Positions 24,568-36,630 of a stretch of DNA of 64,000 nucleotides are shown here, piece by piece; within the stretch, counting starts at the first letter, position 1; each line of letters begins with the position of its first letter. The notes below the pieces were generated by a model, which saw only the letters and a program-made list of their open reading frames with translations, was not told where the DNA came from and searched no databases. The position numbers and the translations under genes are program-made. Source of the DNA: Octopus bimaculoides (lineage: Eukaryota); contig NC_068982.1 in assembly GCF_001194135.2 (NCBI RefSeq), positions 41,781,618 through 41,845,617 of the forward strand. Reading direction: 5' to 3'.

Positions 24568-27500
24568 ATGCTGTAACTGCTTTGTTTGCCTTGTAGCATT
24601 GAAATCACTTTCATATTTCCACAAATCATTCAATTGTGTCTATTGTAGATGTGATATTTATATTTCATACCTTCTTACCTTTCTTTTAAATGTACTGAGT
24701 AGCCAATCAGGACAGAAACAAAAATCATTTCCTTAACTCATCAAAATACATTTTAAACTGGTCCTTGGACTATGTCTGAAAAGTCATTCATCGAATTTAT
24801 ATCAGCATCTCATTGCATTTAAACAAACCATTGATATCATAACAGTAAACAATATCATATTCCCCACTGCAGAACTACTGCAACACATTTTTTTTCTCTA
24901 TATTAATACAAGATTGTTGTTGCCAGAGTGCGTGAGTTATAACGGTTTAACCTGAATCTTAATAATACAAATATGCATGCATACATATGTGCATACCTTG
25001 CATGCCATGCAAATGCAGAACTGCATATAATTTAGATGTTTTCACTTTTCAATGAGCAATATGATTGTGATTTCTGCTGACAATATCAACTAATTACTTA
25101 ATTACACACAACTCCTATAATTTTGGGAAAATTTATCACATTTATGGAAGTTGTTGTTGTTGTTATTTTTGTTACTGATTTTTGTTATTATATATACATT
25201 CTAATAAAGTTGTGCATTTTAAATGTCAAAGTTTCAATCCATTAGGAACAGCATTCTAATTAGCTCTTAAATTTACTAATTCCTCTGCTCTGCTAATTAT
25301 TCAATTGTACCTGATATACCAATTATTCAGTTGGGAAAAATTGCAGCTTACATATGAATTAGTTTTAGATAACAATCAAGCAGTTTTAGCTGTACTTTAT
25401 AACATGATTTTGTTTCTTTTTTCCTCCCTCTAAACTGAGTTTTGTGGCTGTTATAATGTTGCATACAGAGGAAAGAAACTAGAATTAGGAGAAGGAGTAG
25501 AGATAAATTTGAGAATTATACAGGTAAACTTGTTACCTCTTGTAGGTTGCTAAAACAAATTTTAATGATATCAAAGTGTTAATTAGTATATTTGATTAGA
25601 GATAGAAAGAAATATCTCAAGTTGTTACCTGTTATCATTTTGGTAAATATACTTACGAGAATTTTCAAGGCTTATTTTGAGTTTGAGTTCACAGTCCAAA
25701 ATGGTTAAGTATTCTAGAAGTTTATGAATGATGTAACATAAAAAGTAAGATTCTCTATACTCAAATTTTCAATGCAATTTTGATTCTTTAATTTTGCTTC
25801 TTATCACTGGGACTGCTAATTCCTTGGATAAATACATGAATGTCAAATCTTCTTCTTGTTGCATCCTAAAAATCTCAGGTTTGATCTTTAAGTTAGATAT
25901 AATCCCTTTGAAAATAAAAGATATACAAATGCTTCTGCACTGTAGAGCTAATTTCTCAGTAAACCAAGTCTGCAACTTCTAGATGGAAGCTTCACTTCAT
26001 ACTAAGCATTTCCTATTTTTACTCTCCTAGAACTGCAATTCTATGAATTTCTCTAACTACCCGCTTTCCCTGTATCAGAACCTTCATGGGTTGTATTGTC
26101 AATGTCAGTTATCCATAGAGCCCTGTCCAGTAAGGTCAAAAAAGGCTACAATGACAATCACTTTTCACATTAACTAATAGTAATAAAAAGAAAAGATAAA
26201 TGAATGCTTTTAAAAATGTCATAGATATTGTTTTTTAATTGTTATTTATGGTGCAGCTGCTACAGCTGGTGGAAAGCTCTATTAGATATTTTACATGAAC
26301 TAATTTATTCCCTCACTAGTTCAAATTTCACTCTAAATTGATTTAGTTTTGATCACTCCTATGCTATTAAAAAAGGTTCTGAGATCAATTTAATAGTATG
26401 ATTTATTTCTTTACAAAATTTAATGTTAATAAGAGAAAAATATATTGTAATGGCAAAGCATAAGTGTTACTTGCAAACAAGAATGATTTGGTAGTATTAT
26501 CCTTTTGATGTTTTAGGTGTTTATGTAGTCACAAGCTGACATAGATATCCTCTACCTTAATCCAATAGAATATTGAGGATTTGACAATCAGAAGGCGGGA
26601 GGGCCTGCACTAACAGTTGGTTGCCACTTAATTTCAACCGAGTAAATTGGAGTAACTTGAAATGAAGGACTTTGCTCAAAGACATGTTGTATAGTCCAGG
26701 AGTCAAACCCCAAAATTTTTAATCATATGGTCAACATCTGAACCACTAGGCCACATGGCTTCTCTATAGTATTATAGTAATAGTAATAATGATTTCAGAT
26801 TTTGGCACAAGGCCAGTAAGTTTGAGGAGGGGATTAGTTGATTATATTGACCCTCGTATTCCACTGGTACTTACTTTATCAACCCTGAAAGGATGAAAGG
26901 CAAGGCGGATCTTGGCAGAATTTGAACTCAGAATGTAAATGCTGATGAAATGCTGCTCACCATTTTGCCCGATAGGGTAACGATTCGGCCAGTTTGCCAC
27001 CTTATAGTAAAAGTAATAAAAATAATAACTTTTTCTACTTCATGCACAAAGACAGAAATTTGAGGGGTGGGGACTAGTTGGTTGCTTTAACCCAATGATT
27101 CTGCCAGCTTGTCAGCTTAGTAATAATAATAATAATAATGATTTCTGTGTCCATCCACAAATACTTAAAGAAATCCTGTAGCTAATTAATTTGAACTGAG
27201 TTTATTGCAACTAATACTAATTTTAATGACCCAGTTGAAAGAAAACTGAATTTGATACTAGTAGAATTTGAATTGAGAACAAGGAAGGATAATAATAAAG
27301 TTCTTAAGTATTTGCAGTTAGTATAGTGTATAATTCTTTCTACCACTCCACTGCTCAGTTAATAACAACATCATAATCATTGAATATTCACTTTTCCATG
27401 CTGGCATGGGTCAAATGGAATTTGTTGAGGCAGGTTTTCTACAGTCAGATGACTTTCCTGTTGTCAGTCCCACCTGTTTCCAAGGTGGATAATAGTTCCA

Positions 27501-28209
27501 CATAAGCAGACATTGATTTTCATCAAAGACTAGAAATGAACAACCTCACTTGTATGATGGTGATGTTTGTTTACAACAATGATGTCAAAACAAAGGTACA
27601 CAGAAACACATATGCACACACACACATGATGGATTTTTTTTTTCAAATCCACCCTCAAGGCTTTGGTTAGCCTAGGGCTGTAGTAGAAGTCATTCTCCCA
27701 AGCTGCTATGCAATAGGGCTGAACCCAAGAGTTCATGGTTAGGAAGCAAGCTTCTCAACCACAGCTATGCCTCACCTACAATAATAATAATAATTTCTAA
27801 CATACACACAAAGCTGCACATTTTTGTTGGAAGGAAAATAGTTGATTAAATTGACCCCGATACTAAGTTGACCTTGGTAGGATTTGGACTCAGAATGTTA
27901 ATAGCAAAGGCTGATACTGTAAGAGAATACCAGCAGCAGTTACTAGAGATTACTGAATGATGTTAAATGAGAGAACACCATCAGGAGAGATCTAAAGAGA
28001 AAACACAAAAAGAACACTGATAGACATTTAATATCAAAGTAAGCTATTTGAATGTTCTGAAAAATATCCATTAACTTTGTTTATATAACAATGAATCAAA
28101 CTGAAAAAAATGATGAAAATGTTGAAAAATAACTGTATAAGATGTACAGTAATTTATTTGTAAATTGTTTGTCTGTAACTTATAAAATTAATGTATTCCA
28201 AATGAAACA

Positions 28210-28480
28210 CAAAATGGTGTAAATGGACACAAGAAGAATATGAATGTATTCTACAAGTATATATTAGATACAATCAATTCCCCAAAATGAAACTCCTACA
28301 ATATTCTCTTAATGAAATTTGGAAAGAAAATAATCATGATTTAAACATAATGTTGGATCCTAACAAAACAGCTAACTAAAGAAGAAAAATTCTCAAAGCC
28401 AAAACATACAAGAAATCAAAGTAGGACATTTAAAAGAAAGAATATATAACAATAACAGATATGGATAAATGATCCAGAAA
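28210..28480 (+). mobile_element. probable R4/Dong-like ORF N-terminal remnant
   Basis: Frameshifted reading KWTQEEYECILQVY..EIWKENN..LDPNKTAN*RRKILKAK, resembling the KWS.EEY...IWRE.N..D.NKLAN.RR N-terminus of this group. Confidence 0.4.
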
Positions 28481-28514
28481 TAAAGATCTGGAACTAGAGA
28501 TAACAAAACTTTTT

Positions 28515-29110
28515 GCGTGTCGCCGGCACAGGTGCCAGTGATATGACACTGACAACAGCCACAACTATGATTTCATTTGACTTGATAGGTCTTCTCAAGC
28601 ATAGCATATCGCCAAAGATCTCAGTCACTAGTCATTGCCTCCATGAGGCCCAACATTTGAAGATTATGCTTCACCACCTTGTCCCATGTCTTCCTGGGTC
28701 TCCCTCTTCCACAGCTTCCTTTCACTGGTAGAGATCAGAACTTCTTCACACAACTGTCCACATCCGTATGCATCACATGACCATACCAGTGCACACCACA
28801 TCTGATGCCTCTTATGCCCAACTTTTCTCTCAAGACATTTACACTCTATCATACATGCACACAAACACTGCACATCCAGCGAAGCATACTAACTTCATTT
28901 CTTTCAAGCCTACACATGTCCTCTGTAGTAACAGCCCATGTTTCACTGGGGTGTAGCATGGTTGTTTGCACACAGGAATCATACAATTTGCCTTTCACTC
29001 CGTGGGAGAGGCCTTTTGTTACCAACAGAAGTAGGAGCTCTCTGAACCTATTCTTGTTCTAGCTCTCAGAGCACCCCCCTCCCCCTGCTACTGACTTGGT
29101 CACCTAGGTA
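28515..29110 (-). mobile_element. RTE LINE, RT C-terminal remnant
   Basis: Minus strand gives FRELLLLLVTKG..KGKLYDSCVQTTMLHPSETWAV..LERNEVSMLRW and WYGHVMHTDVDSCVKK..GRGRPRKTWDKVV..LEKTYQVK*, with stops; same family as 41118-41906. Confidence 0.85.
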
Positions 29111-29129
29111 ACAGAAGCTACTATATATG

Positions 29130-29194
<65 letters not shown>

Positions 29195-29417
29195 TCACAC
29201 ACACACATATATATACATGACAGGCTTCTTTCACTTTCCATCTACTGAATCTGCTTACAAGGTTTTTTTCCGCCTGAGGCTATAGTAGAAGAAACTTGTC
29301 CAAGGTGCCACACAGTGGGACTGAACCTGGAATCATATGGTTGGGAAGTAAACTTCTTACCACACAGCCATGCCTGATGATTTTTTTATTTATTTTATTT
29401 CACAAATTATATTTCAG

Positions 29418-29525
29418 GGCTTCCCGCTACACATGAATCTAGCTGTTAGTAATATTGGACAGACAATTCCATCAGATGAAGGTCGTATGAAGATGCTGAA
29501 AGAACAAAACAGACAACTGACACAG
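29418..29525 (+). CDS. SAPCD2: SAPCD2-like coding exon (phase 0-0, GC donor)
   Basis: Acceptor atatttcAG, donor CAG|GCAAGT at 29526. Encodes GFPLHMNLAVSNIGQTIPSDEGRMKMLKEQNRQLTQ, matching MLKEQNRLLTQ of SAPCD2. Confidence 0.9.
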
Positions 29526-30543
29526 GCAAGTATCCATACTATGAACATGTGTTCAAATGGGTTTTAAAAGCAAACATTTGATTGAGCTTATTAATCTGGT
29601 TTAGATCTTCCTTTAATTTATAGTTGAGTATATCTTGTTTTATGTAAAACTGTGGCAGACCTAAATGTTTTGGTTTAATGGCTATGAATAATACATTACT
29701 TATTTACATGATATTTATTAGCTTTGAAGTTTGTATGTGTGTCTCTATTTCTGCAATTGTGTTGGAGAGAATGAGAGGGTGAGAGAGGTGGGAGGAGAGA
29801 ATATATATATATAAACATAAAATATAGTTGTTTTGTCCCAATTTTTCTTTGATTTTACATATCTACTATCAAAGGTATTTCAGCTTTATCATTTCCTTTT
29901 TATTTTCAAGTATAGTGTCAGTAGTTCAAGTGTTCAGTAATTCATGACAGTGGGGTGTGGTTTGAGGGAGGTGTGGATGTTATTTCTAGTATTTTGAGTG
30001 ATTACATAGAAGTTCTCTTGTTGGTTCATGCTAGAGATAATAGATGTGTTTGATGGAGAGAGAAATCATAGATGTATAAAAGAAAGTGTGAGAAAGATAT
30101 GTTTCTCTATGTTTTAATAAAGAGCTTCAGAAAATGAAAAGCTTCAAATTTATACCTGCCTAAAATATGAATAGAGAACAGAAGATGTATACTCTGTACA
30201 GATTTTTAATAATTCATAAAATGTGAACTGTGCCAGTGCCACGTAGAAGGTGCCAGTACAGCATAGAAAACACCCATACTGGTGCCACATAAAAGTAGCC
30301 ATGCTGGTGATGCGTAAAAGCACCCAATACACTCAGTAAAGTGGTTGACATTAGAAGGGCATCCAACCATAGAAACCATGCTACAGCAGACAAATGGAAC
30401 CCAGGCACCTCTCCAGCTGGTCAGCTCCTGTCAAACCATGCCAGCATGGAGAATGGACATTAAAAGATGATGATGATGAAAAGACAGAGAATGTGAGTTT
30501 AGAATGGTGGGTTATTTCCATAATTGAAATGAGTTAAAAAAAC

Positions 30544-30619
30544 ATATTGTTATATTTGGGGATGGTCATTCTTTTGCCAATTAACCACATGCACTATGTA
30601 CTTGATCTTTACTTCAGCT

Positions 30620-30654
<35 letters not shown>

Positions 30655-30864
30655 TTAGTGTCTTTTGTATGAAATCTACCATCACACATCCTGTGACCTC
30701 TTCAGCAACTCTTTATCCCATGTGTCTCTTCCTGTTCTGTTTAATCCATTGTCTGAGAATGGACTAAACAGAACAAGAGGAGACACATGGGATGGAGAGT
30801 CACTGACGAAGTCACTGACGAAGTCACTGGATGTGTGACAAAAGACCAAGGCAAAGGATACTAA

Positions 30865-30906
<42 letters not shown>

Positions 30907-30981
30907 GCTGAAGTAAAGATCAAGTACATAGTGCATGTGATTAATTGACAAAAGAATGACCATCCCCAAATATAACAATAT
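30544..30981. repeat. about 440-bp fold-back inverted repeat with 7-nt loop, in a SAPCD2 intron
   Basis: ATATTGTTATATTTGGGGATGGTC... at 30544 pairs with ...GACCATCCCCAAATATAACAATAT at 30981, continuing through (ATT)n/(AAT)n to the loop GTCTGAG (30751-30757). One mismatched block of about 15 nt and a 12-bp duplication in the right arm. Confidence 0.9.
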
Positions 30982-32612
30982 CTGTTTCAACACATGATTT
31001 CACATCAGGAATCTTGCAAAATATATACATAAACATAACATATTTAGTTTTCTTTCTTCACATTGTCTATAAAAGGAAAAGGAAAAAATGACACTCCTTC
31101 TTCATAGTTGAATGATTTATTATAGTAAGTTTGCTCACTTACTGCAACATTACCCTACTCCCTGCAATAGGAAAGCTTACAAATTCAACAATGAAATCAT
31201 CCAATTAGAAGACTATCTCTGATGTTTATTATTATTATTCAATGCTGTCTCTTCCTGCTTTAGAAGTAGGAGAAAACACACATGCACGCACGCACGCATG
31301 CATGTGCGCACACACATACACAAAGACAGGTTATTTTAATCAAACAGTTACTAATTTTGCACTGTGGTTTATTATCCCATCCAGGCTATGATTTTCTCTT
31401 TAAATTTTCACATGGACTAGTGCGTCCTATGTTGAATTTTAGTGGAAATTACTAAAGAAGGCATGAGTTTATATAATAAAATTATATTGGATCTTGGTGT
31501 GTCATGCTTATGCTTACTAAAAACACAGTGTCCTATTTATATTCTAATCTTGACAGATTTTTAAAACGTGTTTAAAGTATAAGTATTGCACCTAGTTCGA
31601 ATATTGTGTTTCGAAGAAAAATTTTGATCCCTCTAAACACTCAGTACCCTTCTCATAGCAGCCCATTCATATTTGCTGATCCTTTGTCAGTTCACTCTGT
31701 CCCTTATGGGAGTATCTTTTTTTTATTTAAATGGTTCTTAAAATGTGTGTGTGTACTGTCAGTCATCACTTACTGTTCCCTTTTTCCCTCCCAACTCATA
31801 TGTATTGTCGTCCAACATTTACTATATGCACCCTTCATCTCTACCCAATTTTTACAGTCATTACCTACTCTTCCTTACCATCCCACTAATATATAGTCAT
31901 CATTAACCACTCCTGAACCTTGTTTTTTATTCATTATATGGTCCCCTCACCTGTTTCCTGTCTCTACTCTTTCCTCACTCTTGTACCCACCTGCTGTTCT
32001 TTTGTCTCCAATCACTTCTACTCACCTTCTTATACCTCGAGAATCCACTCTGACACCTTGTTTTCATCATCATCATTTAACATCTGTTTTCCATGCTGGC
32101 ATGGGTTGGATGGTTTGACAGGAGCTTGCAAAGCTAAGAACTGCACTAGATTCCATAGTCTGTTTTGGTTTGGTTTGGTTTCGTCTTTATGCCAACCACT
32201 TTACTGAGTATACTGGGTGCTTTTTATGTGGAATTGGCATTACTATTTTATCTCTCTTCCCAGCTCCATCCCATTACTTCCACCTACTCTTCTATAATGT
32301 GAGTAGCTATGTAACTCCTCTATAGCACAAAACCTCTTCTCTTGTTATCTTCTTTCATACTTTCTCATCTCATAGTTTAGCATAATACCAACTCCTTCTC
32401 TACTGTAGCCTAACACAGTCAAAGAAGATTTTGGTCTTGCAAGCCACATGGTGACTTCGCTAGTACTGGGGGCCATACAAAATAGCATCCAATATACTCT
32501 GTAAAGTGGTTGGCATTAGGAGGGATATCCAGCCATAGAAACCATGTATGTACTTGTGTGTGTGCGTGTGTGTGTATTAATTTACTTATTTATTTATTTA
32601 TTTATTTTACAG

Positions 32613-32735
32613 GAGATTTCAACAAAATGTGATAAGATAACACTGCTTGAGCAAGAAAAATCTGCCTTGATTAGAGAACTCTTTGAATCCCGATCTCAGA
32701 ACAAACCCAATTTGGATGATACCACTTTCATGTGA
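32613..32735 (+). CDS. SAPCD2: SAPCD2-like last coding exon
   Basis: Acceptor tttattttacAG. Encodes EISTKCDKITLLEQEKSALIRELFESRSQNKPNLDDTTFM*, matching EVTEKSERITQLEQEKSALIKQLFEAR...DSTFI*. Confidence 0.93.
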   Translation, partial: EISTKCDKITLLEQEKSALIRELFESRSQNKPNLDDTTFM

Positions 32736-32936
32736 AAACATGGACAATTCTACTGAGTTATTGCTCACCTGTAATCTCTTCAAAACCTTTAACCAGAATT
32801 TGGAAGCTAAAGGTCCTCTTGGTGTATTCTATCTTCACAATCTCCACAATGTGTTTTTATTTATCTTTATCTTCATTGGCATAAATGATAAACTGACAGA
32901 GTGAAATGCCTTATGGTATATTTCTTTATGGTCTAA

Positions 32937-32942
32937 ATTAAA
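32937..32942 (+). promoter_or_regulatory. possible polyadenylation signal (ATTAAA)
   Basis: ATTAAA about 200 nt after the SAPCD2 stop, followed by a T-rich tract. A longer 3' UTR cannot be excluded. Confidence 0.3.
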
Positions 32943-32959
32943 ATTATTTTTATTGAAAA

Positions 32960-33990
32960 AAGTTAGCATGCCAGGCAAAATGCTTAGCAGCATTTTCGTC
33001 TGTCATCTGTCGTCAATAAATTAAGTACTAGTCATGCACTGGGGTCGATGTAATTGACTTAACCCCTTCCCTGAAATTGCTGGCCTTGTGCCAAAATTTG
33101 AAACCGTTATTGAAAAAAGTGATTGGTATCATATTAAATGTTCAGTATCATATTAAATTTTTTGATGTATGTATTGTGTTCCGAGTTCTAGGCCACTGAG
33201 AACAACTGTATTGTTTCATCTTTCCAGACTGTGGTATATTCAGCAATATAAATACTGGTCAAGTACTGTGATTTGATTCAGCTGACTGCTCCTTTCCTCC
33301 AAATATCTGTGCCCTTGTGCCTCAGCAAGAAACCATTATTATTTGGCTGAATCATTAAAATCAATGGTCAAAGTGTATTGTGGTGTGTTTGTTCTGGCTA
33401 TTTACATTTTGAGTTCAAATCCCATAAAAGGCTACATTGCCTTTTATTTGGGGTGGGGTTGATAAATAAAGCCCTAATGTTGATTTAATAAACTAAATTC
33501 TCACTCACAAAAATTTGTGGCCTTGTGCATAGATTAAAAATTATTATTAATTATTAACTTTGCAGTGGATTAGCATGATCATTAAGGCATCAGAAAAATG
33601 CCTTGCAGCATTTCTTTTGGCTCTTAAAATTGAGGTTCAAATCCTTCCAAAGTCATCTTTACCTTTTCATATTTTGGGGGTGGTTGGATGGGTGATAAAA
33701 ATAAAGTACCACTTAAGAACTGGATTAATATAATCAACTAGCCTCTCTCCTTCCCTTTCAAAAAAAAAAAAATTAAATTCTGGCTTTGTACTTATGTTAG
33801 AAAAATGATTATTATGAAAGTGCTGGCTTAGCAGAATCATCAAATCATGAAACAAACCATCTTGTGATATTTAGTCATGGCCTTATATGCTCGGAGTTCA
33901 AATCCTGACAAAGTTAAATTTGCCTTTCATCATTGGAAAGTCAATAAAATAAATTATTAATCAAGCCCTTGGGGCCAGTGTAATCAACTT
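32960..33990 (+). mobile_element. cluster of about 5 same-orientation MESC/Meta-like tRNA SINE copies
   Basis: Repeated GAGTTCAAAT..CTTTGCCTTTCATC..AATAAA.TAAGTACC..GGGGT.GAT.TAAT..GGCCTTGTGC..ATTATT. Other copies at about 10640-10810, 14290-14485(-), 20885-21300 (two), 26790-27005(-), 36655-36820, 37660-37870, 40575-41030 (two), 45530-45790, 47540-47730, 54980-55120, 55405-55540, 57170-57270, 61060-61380 (two). Domain name assigned from memory. Confidence 0.75.
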
Positions 33991-34095
33991 TTCACCGCCT
34001 TAAACAAGGCCAAGTTTTCATAGCACTGCTATATTCCTTCACGGTTTGATAAAATCTGTCGTCGTCATCATCATTATCACCACCACCACCACCAC

Positions 34096-34134
<39 letters not shown>

Positions 34135-34137
<3 letters not shown>

Positions 34138-34650
34138 CGCTGTAAAAACCAGAAAAGAAGAAAGATGGAGAAAAAAACATAGATTCTCACCAAGAGAAGA
34201 ACTGATTTCAGCAAAAGAAACACTGCAACAAAAAGTTCAAGCAAAAGCTCAAAGAATATGAAGATTTTAGAAGAGAAACAAGTTTTACAAGCAAAATAAG
34301 CTGTTCACATCCAGTGTGAAAACATTCAACAGAGAAATAGGGAAGGAGAAAATAACTGTTGAAAACCCCACCACCTGCCATGGAAGAAATTGAAAACTTT
34401 TGGAAAAATATCTGGGGTGATGAAAAGACTTACGATGAAAATGCAGACTGTATTAGATGCACAAAAGGATCCTACCAAAACTTACCAGAATAAGCATGGG
34501 AAGACATAACAATAGAAGACCTAAGGACGACACTCACAAAGGCTCATAAGTGGAAATCCCCTGGTAATGATAGGGTGCCAAATTTCTGGCTCACCTCGCT
34601 CCCATACACACATGAAAAGTTAGCTCAGTTATTCAATGAAATTATGATGG
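34135..34650 (+). mobile_element. R4/Dong-like retrotransposon fragment (region just upstream of RT)
   Basis: Encodes KETLQQKVQAKAQRI*..QNKLF..EIENFWKNIW..ITIEDLRTTLTKAHKWKSPGNDRVPNFWL (WKSPG.D...NFW motif); begins directly after (AAT)n at 34096-34131. Confidence 0.8.
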
Positions 34651-35617
34651 GCTTCTTTTAGTTTCCAGGCTTTGGTCAACTTGGAGCTATAATAGAAGAT
34701 ACTTGTAGAAGATGCCACACAATAGGACTGAACCCAGAACCATATGGTTGGGAAGCAAACTCCTTACCACAGTCACACCCAAATGTATCAGATATTAATT
34801 ATTATGTTTCATTGTTGTAATTATTTAAAAACTTGGAGCCCCTGGTTAACATTAGGGCTTTTGTGTGTCAAAATTCTCAGTTTTTACCTGATGTTTTCCC
34901 TCCTTTTCTTGTAATTTAAAAATTTTTATAATTAATTTCAGTTCTGCTGTCATTCTCTAAAACTTCAAAACAGAAAAAGAAGAAAATATAAAAAAAAAAA
35001 AAACGTGTTTTGTGTATACAGATTTACATTTGTTATTTCATTTTGATATATTTTTAAAACTTTATTTATTTATCTTAGTCATTTTACAGCATATTTAATT
35101 CCTACTTTGTATGTTGGAACCGAAAATAACCTAAACGCTATTACATGACATAAATGAACTAAAGATGCCAATGATGAGGATATATTGACTTCGTTAATTA
35201 ATTTATTTGTGGGAGGAGGTTGGGATGTCTATGATTATATTTCAGTGCAACTTTTATAATGTTACATGTCAGACATTACACTCTTTAATCATTCTCTCAT
35301 TAATTACAATTTCAGCCTCACTTTCATTTTAACAGAATTTCTCTCTGATATGCTCAATATGTGTGTGTGTGTGTATATATGTGTTCATTTCTCTCCCATT
35401 TCTCATGCACACACGTGTGTGTGTGTGTGTGTGCAGCTATACATATTTCAGAGTCGAGCTTGTCTAGCAAATGACATGATCTGAGACTGTGTGCTGAAAC
35501 TGAAGCAATTACATTGTGGAGAAAAAAACATTCTAACCATTTGATAACACATAAAGCTGTTAAATTCATTTTAAATTTATATATATATTTCATGATGTAT
35601 TAAAATTTTCATTGAAC

Positions 35618-35658
<41 letters not shown>

Positions 35659-36169
35659 ATGGAGAGAGAGAGAAAGAGAAAATTGGTCTTGTAATTTAAG
35701 CAAGGAATTGGTGTTTATTCCATCAAAATGCTTACTTTATCAATGAATATGTTTGATCAAAATGTGCTTCTGGCTTGGTTTCTTGGATATTATTAGAAAA
35801 TTATATGGTAAAAAAATAAAACTGTGTCAGTCTTATTCATTTTCTTTGGAGTACTTCATATCAGGTAATAATAAAATACTAATTAGATTAATTTTCATGT
35901 CAGAAGTAGAATTAGTTCTAATTGATTCAATTTTACGTTCTGTATCTAATAGGGATGTTTCTTTTCTTTTTTCTTTTCTTTTCGTCTTCTCAGACAGTTA
36001 TAAAAATAAACGTTAAGTACAGAATTTTTTTTTATATAATCTTACTCACACGTCACTTCAATTTCTATTGTTGTCAGTTTTTGTTAGGAACAGATTATAG
36101 TCACTCAAACCAACCTTAATACTGATATTTATAATTAGTATTTATTCATTCCATCCATCTCTGCCTTCC

Positions 36170-36630
36170 ATTCCAGGGAGGGTTATGGTGGGGAAAGTCC
36201 TCAAGCACCTCATCCATAGGGTCCAACTAGAAGCAACCACCACTAGACTTTCCAGCTGGATTCCCAAGTACGACTGACTGAGACTATGGATATTATTCAA
36301 CTATCTTGTTTTTGATCTATTCTTAGGTCTTCTGTTAGTTGGCTCAGCTTGAAGAATTCACCTTGCGATCCTTTCCTGTGACATTCTTATCACATGTCTA
36401 CAGTACTGCAGCTCTGACTTCTCACTGTAGAGAAATAATGGCTCAACCTGGAGAGACTCATTGATCTCTAAAACTACAGACCCTGTTGAGTAATGTTACT
36501 CCTGAGATTCTTCAGAGGAACCCCTTTTGGCTACATGTATTTGCAATTATACTCTTTCACTCATTCATAACCATAGGTGAGGATAAGCATACAAACCAAA
36601 TTGAAGAACATGAGTTTGGCTGAGGATCAA
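36170..36630 (-). mobile_element. RTE/Expander-like LINE RT C-terminal remnant
   Basis: Frameshifted minus-strand motifs ILTYGYE, ESLQVEPLFLYSEKSELQYCRHVIRMSQERIAR*ILQAEPTNRRPKNRSKTR*LNNIHSLS; a different RTE family from 41 kb. Confidence 0.7.

Noticed and set aside
29530-29535. GTATCC as the canonical donor for the 29418 exon
   Set aside because: It adds 4 nt and shifts the frame of the conserved last exon; the GC site has the better surrounding consensus.
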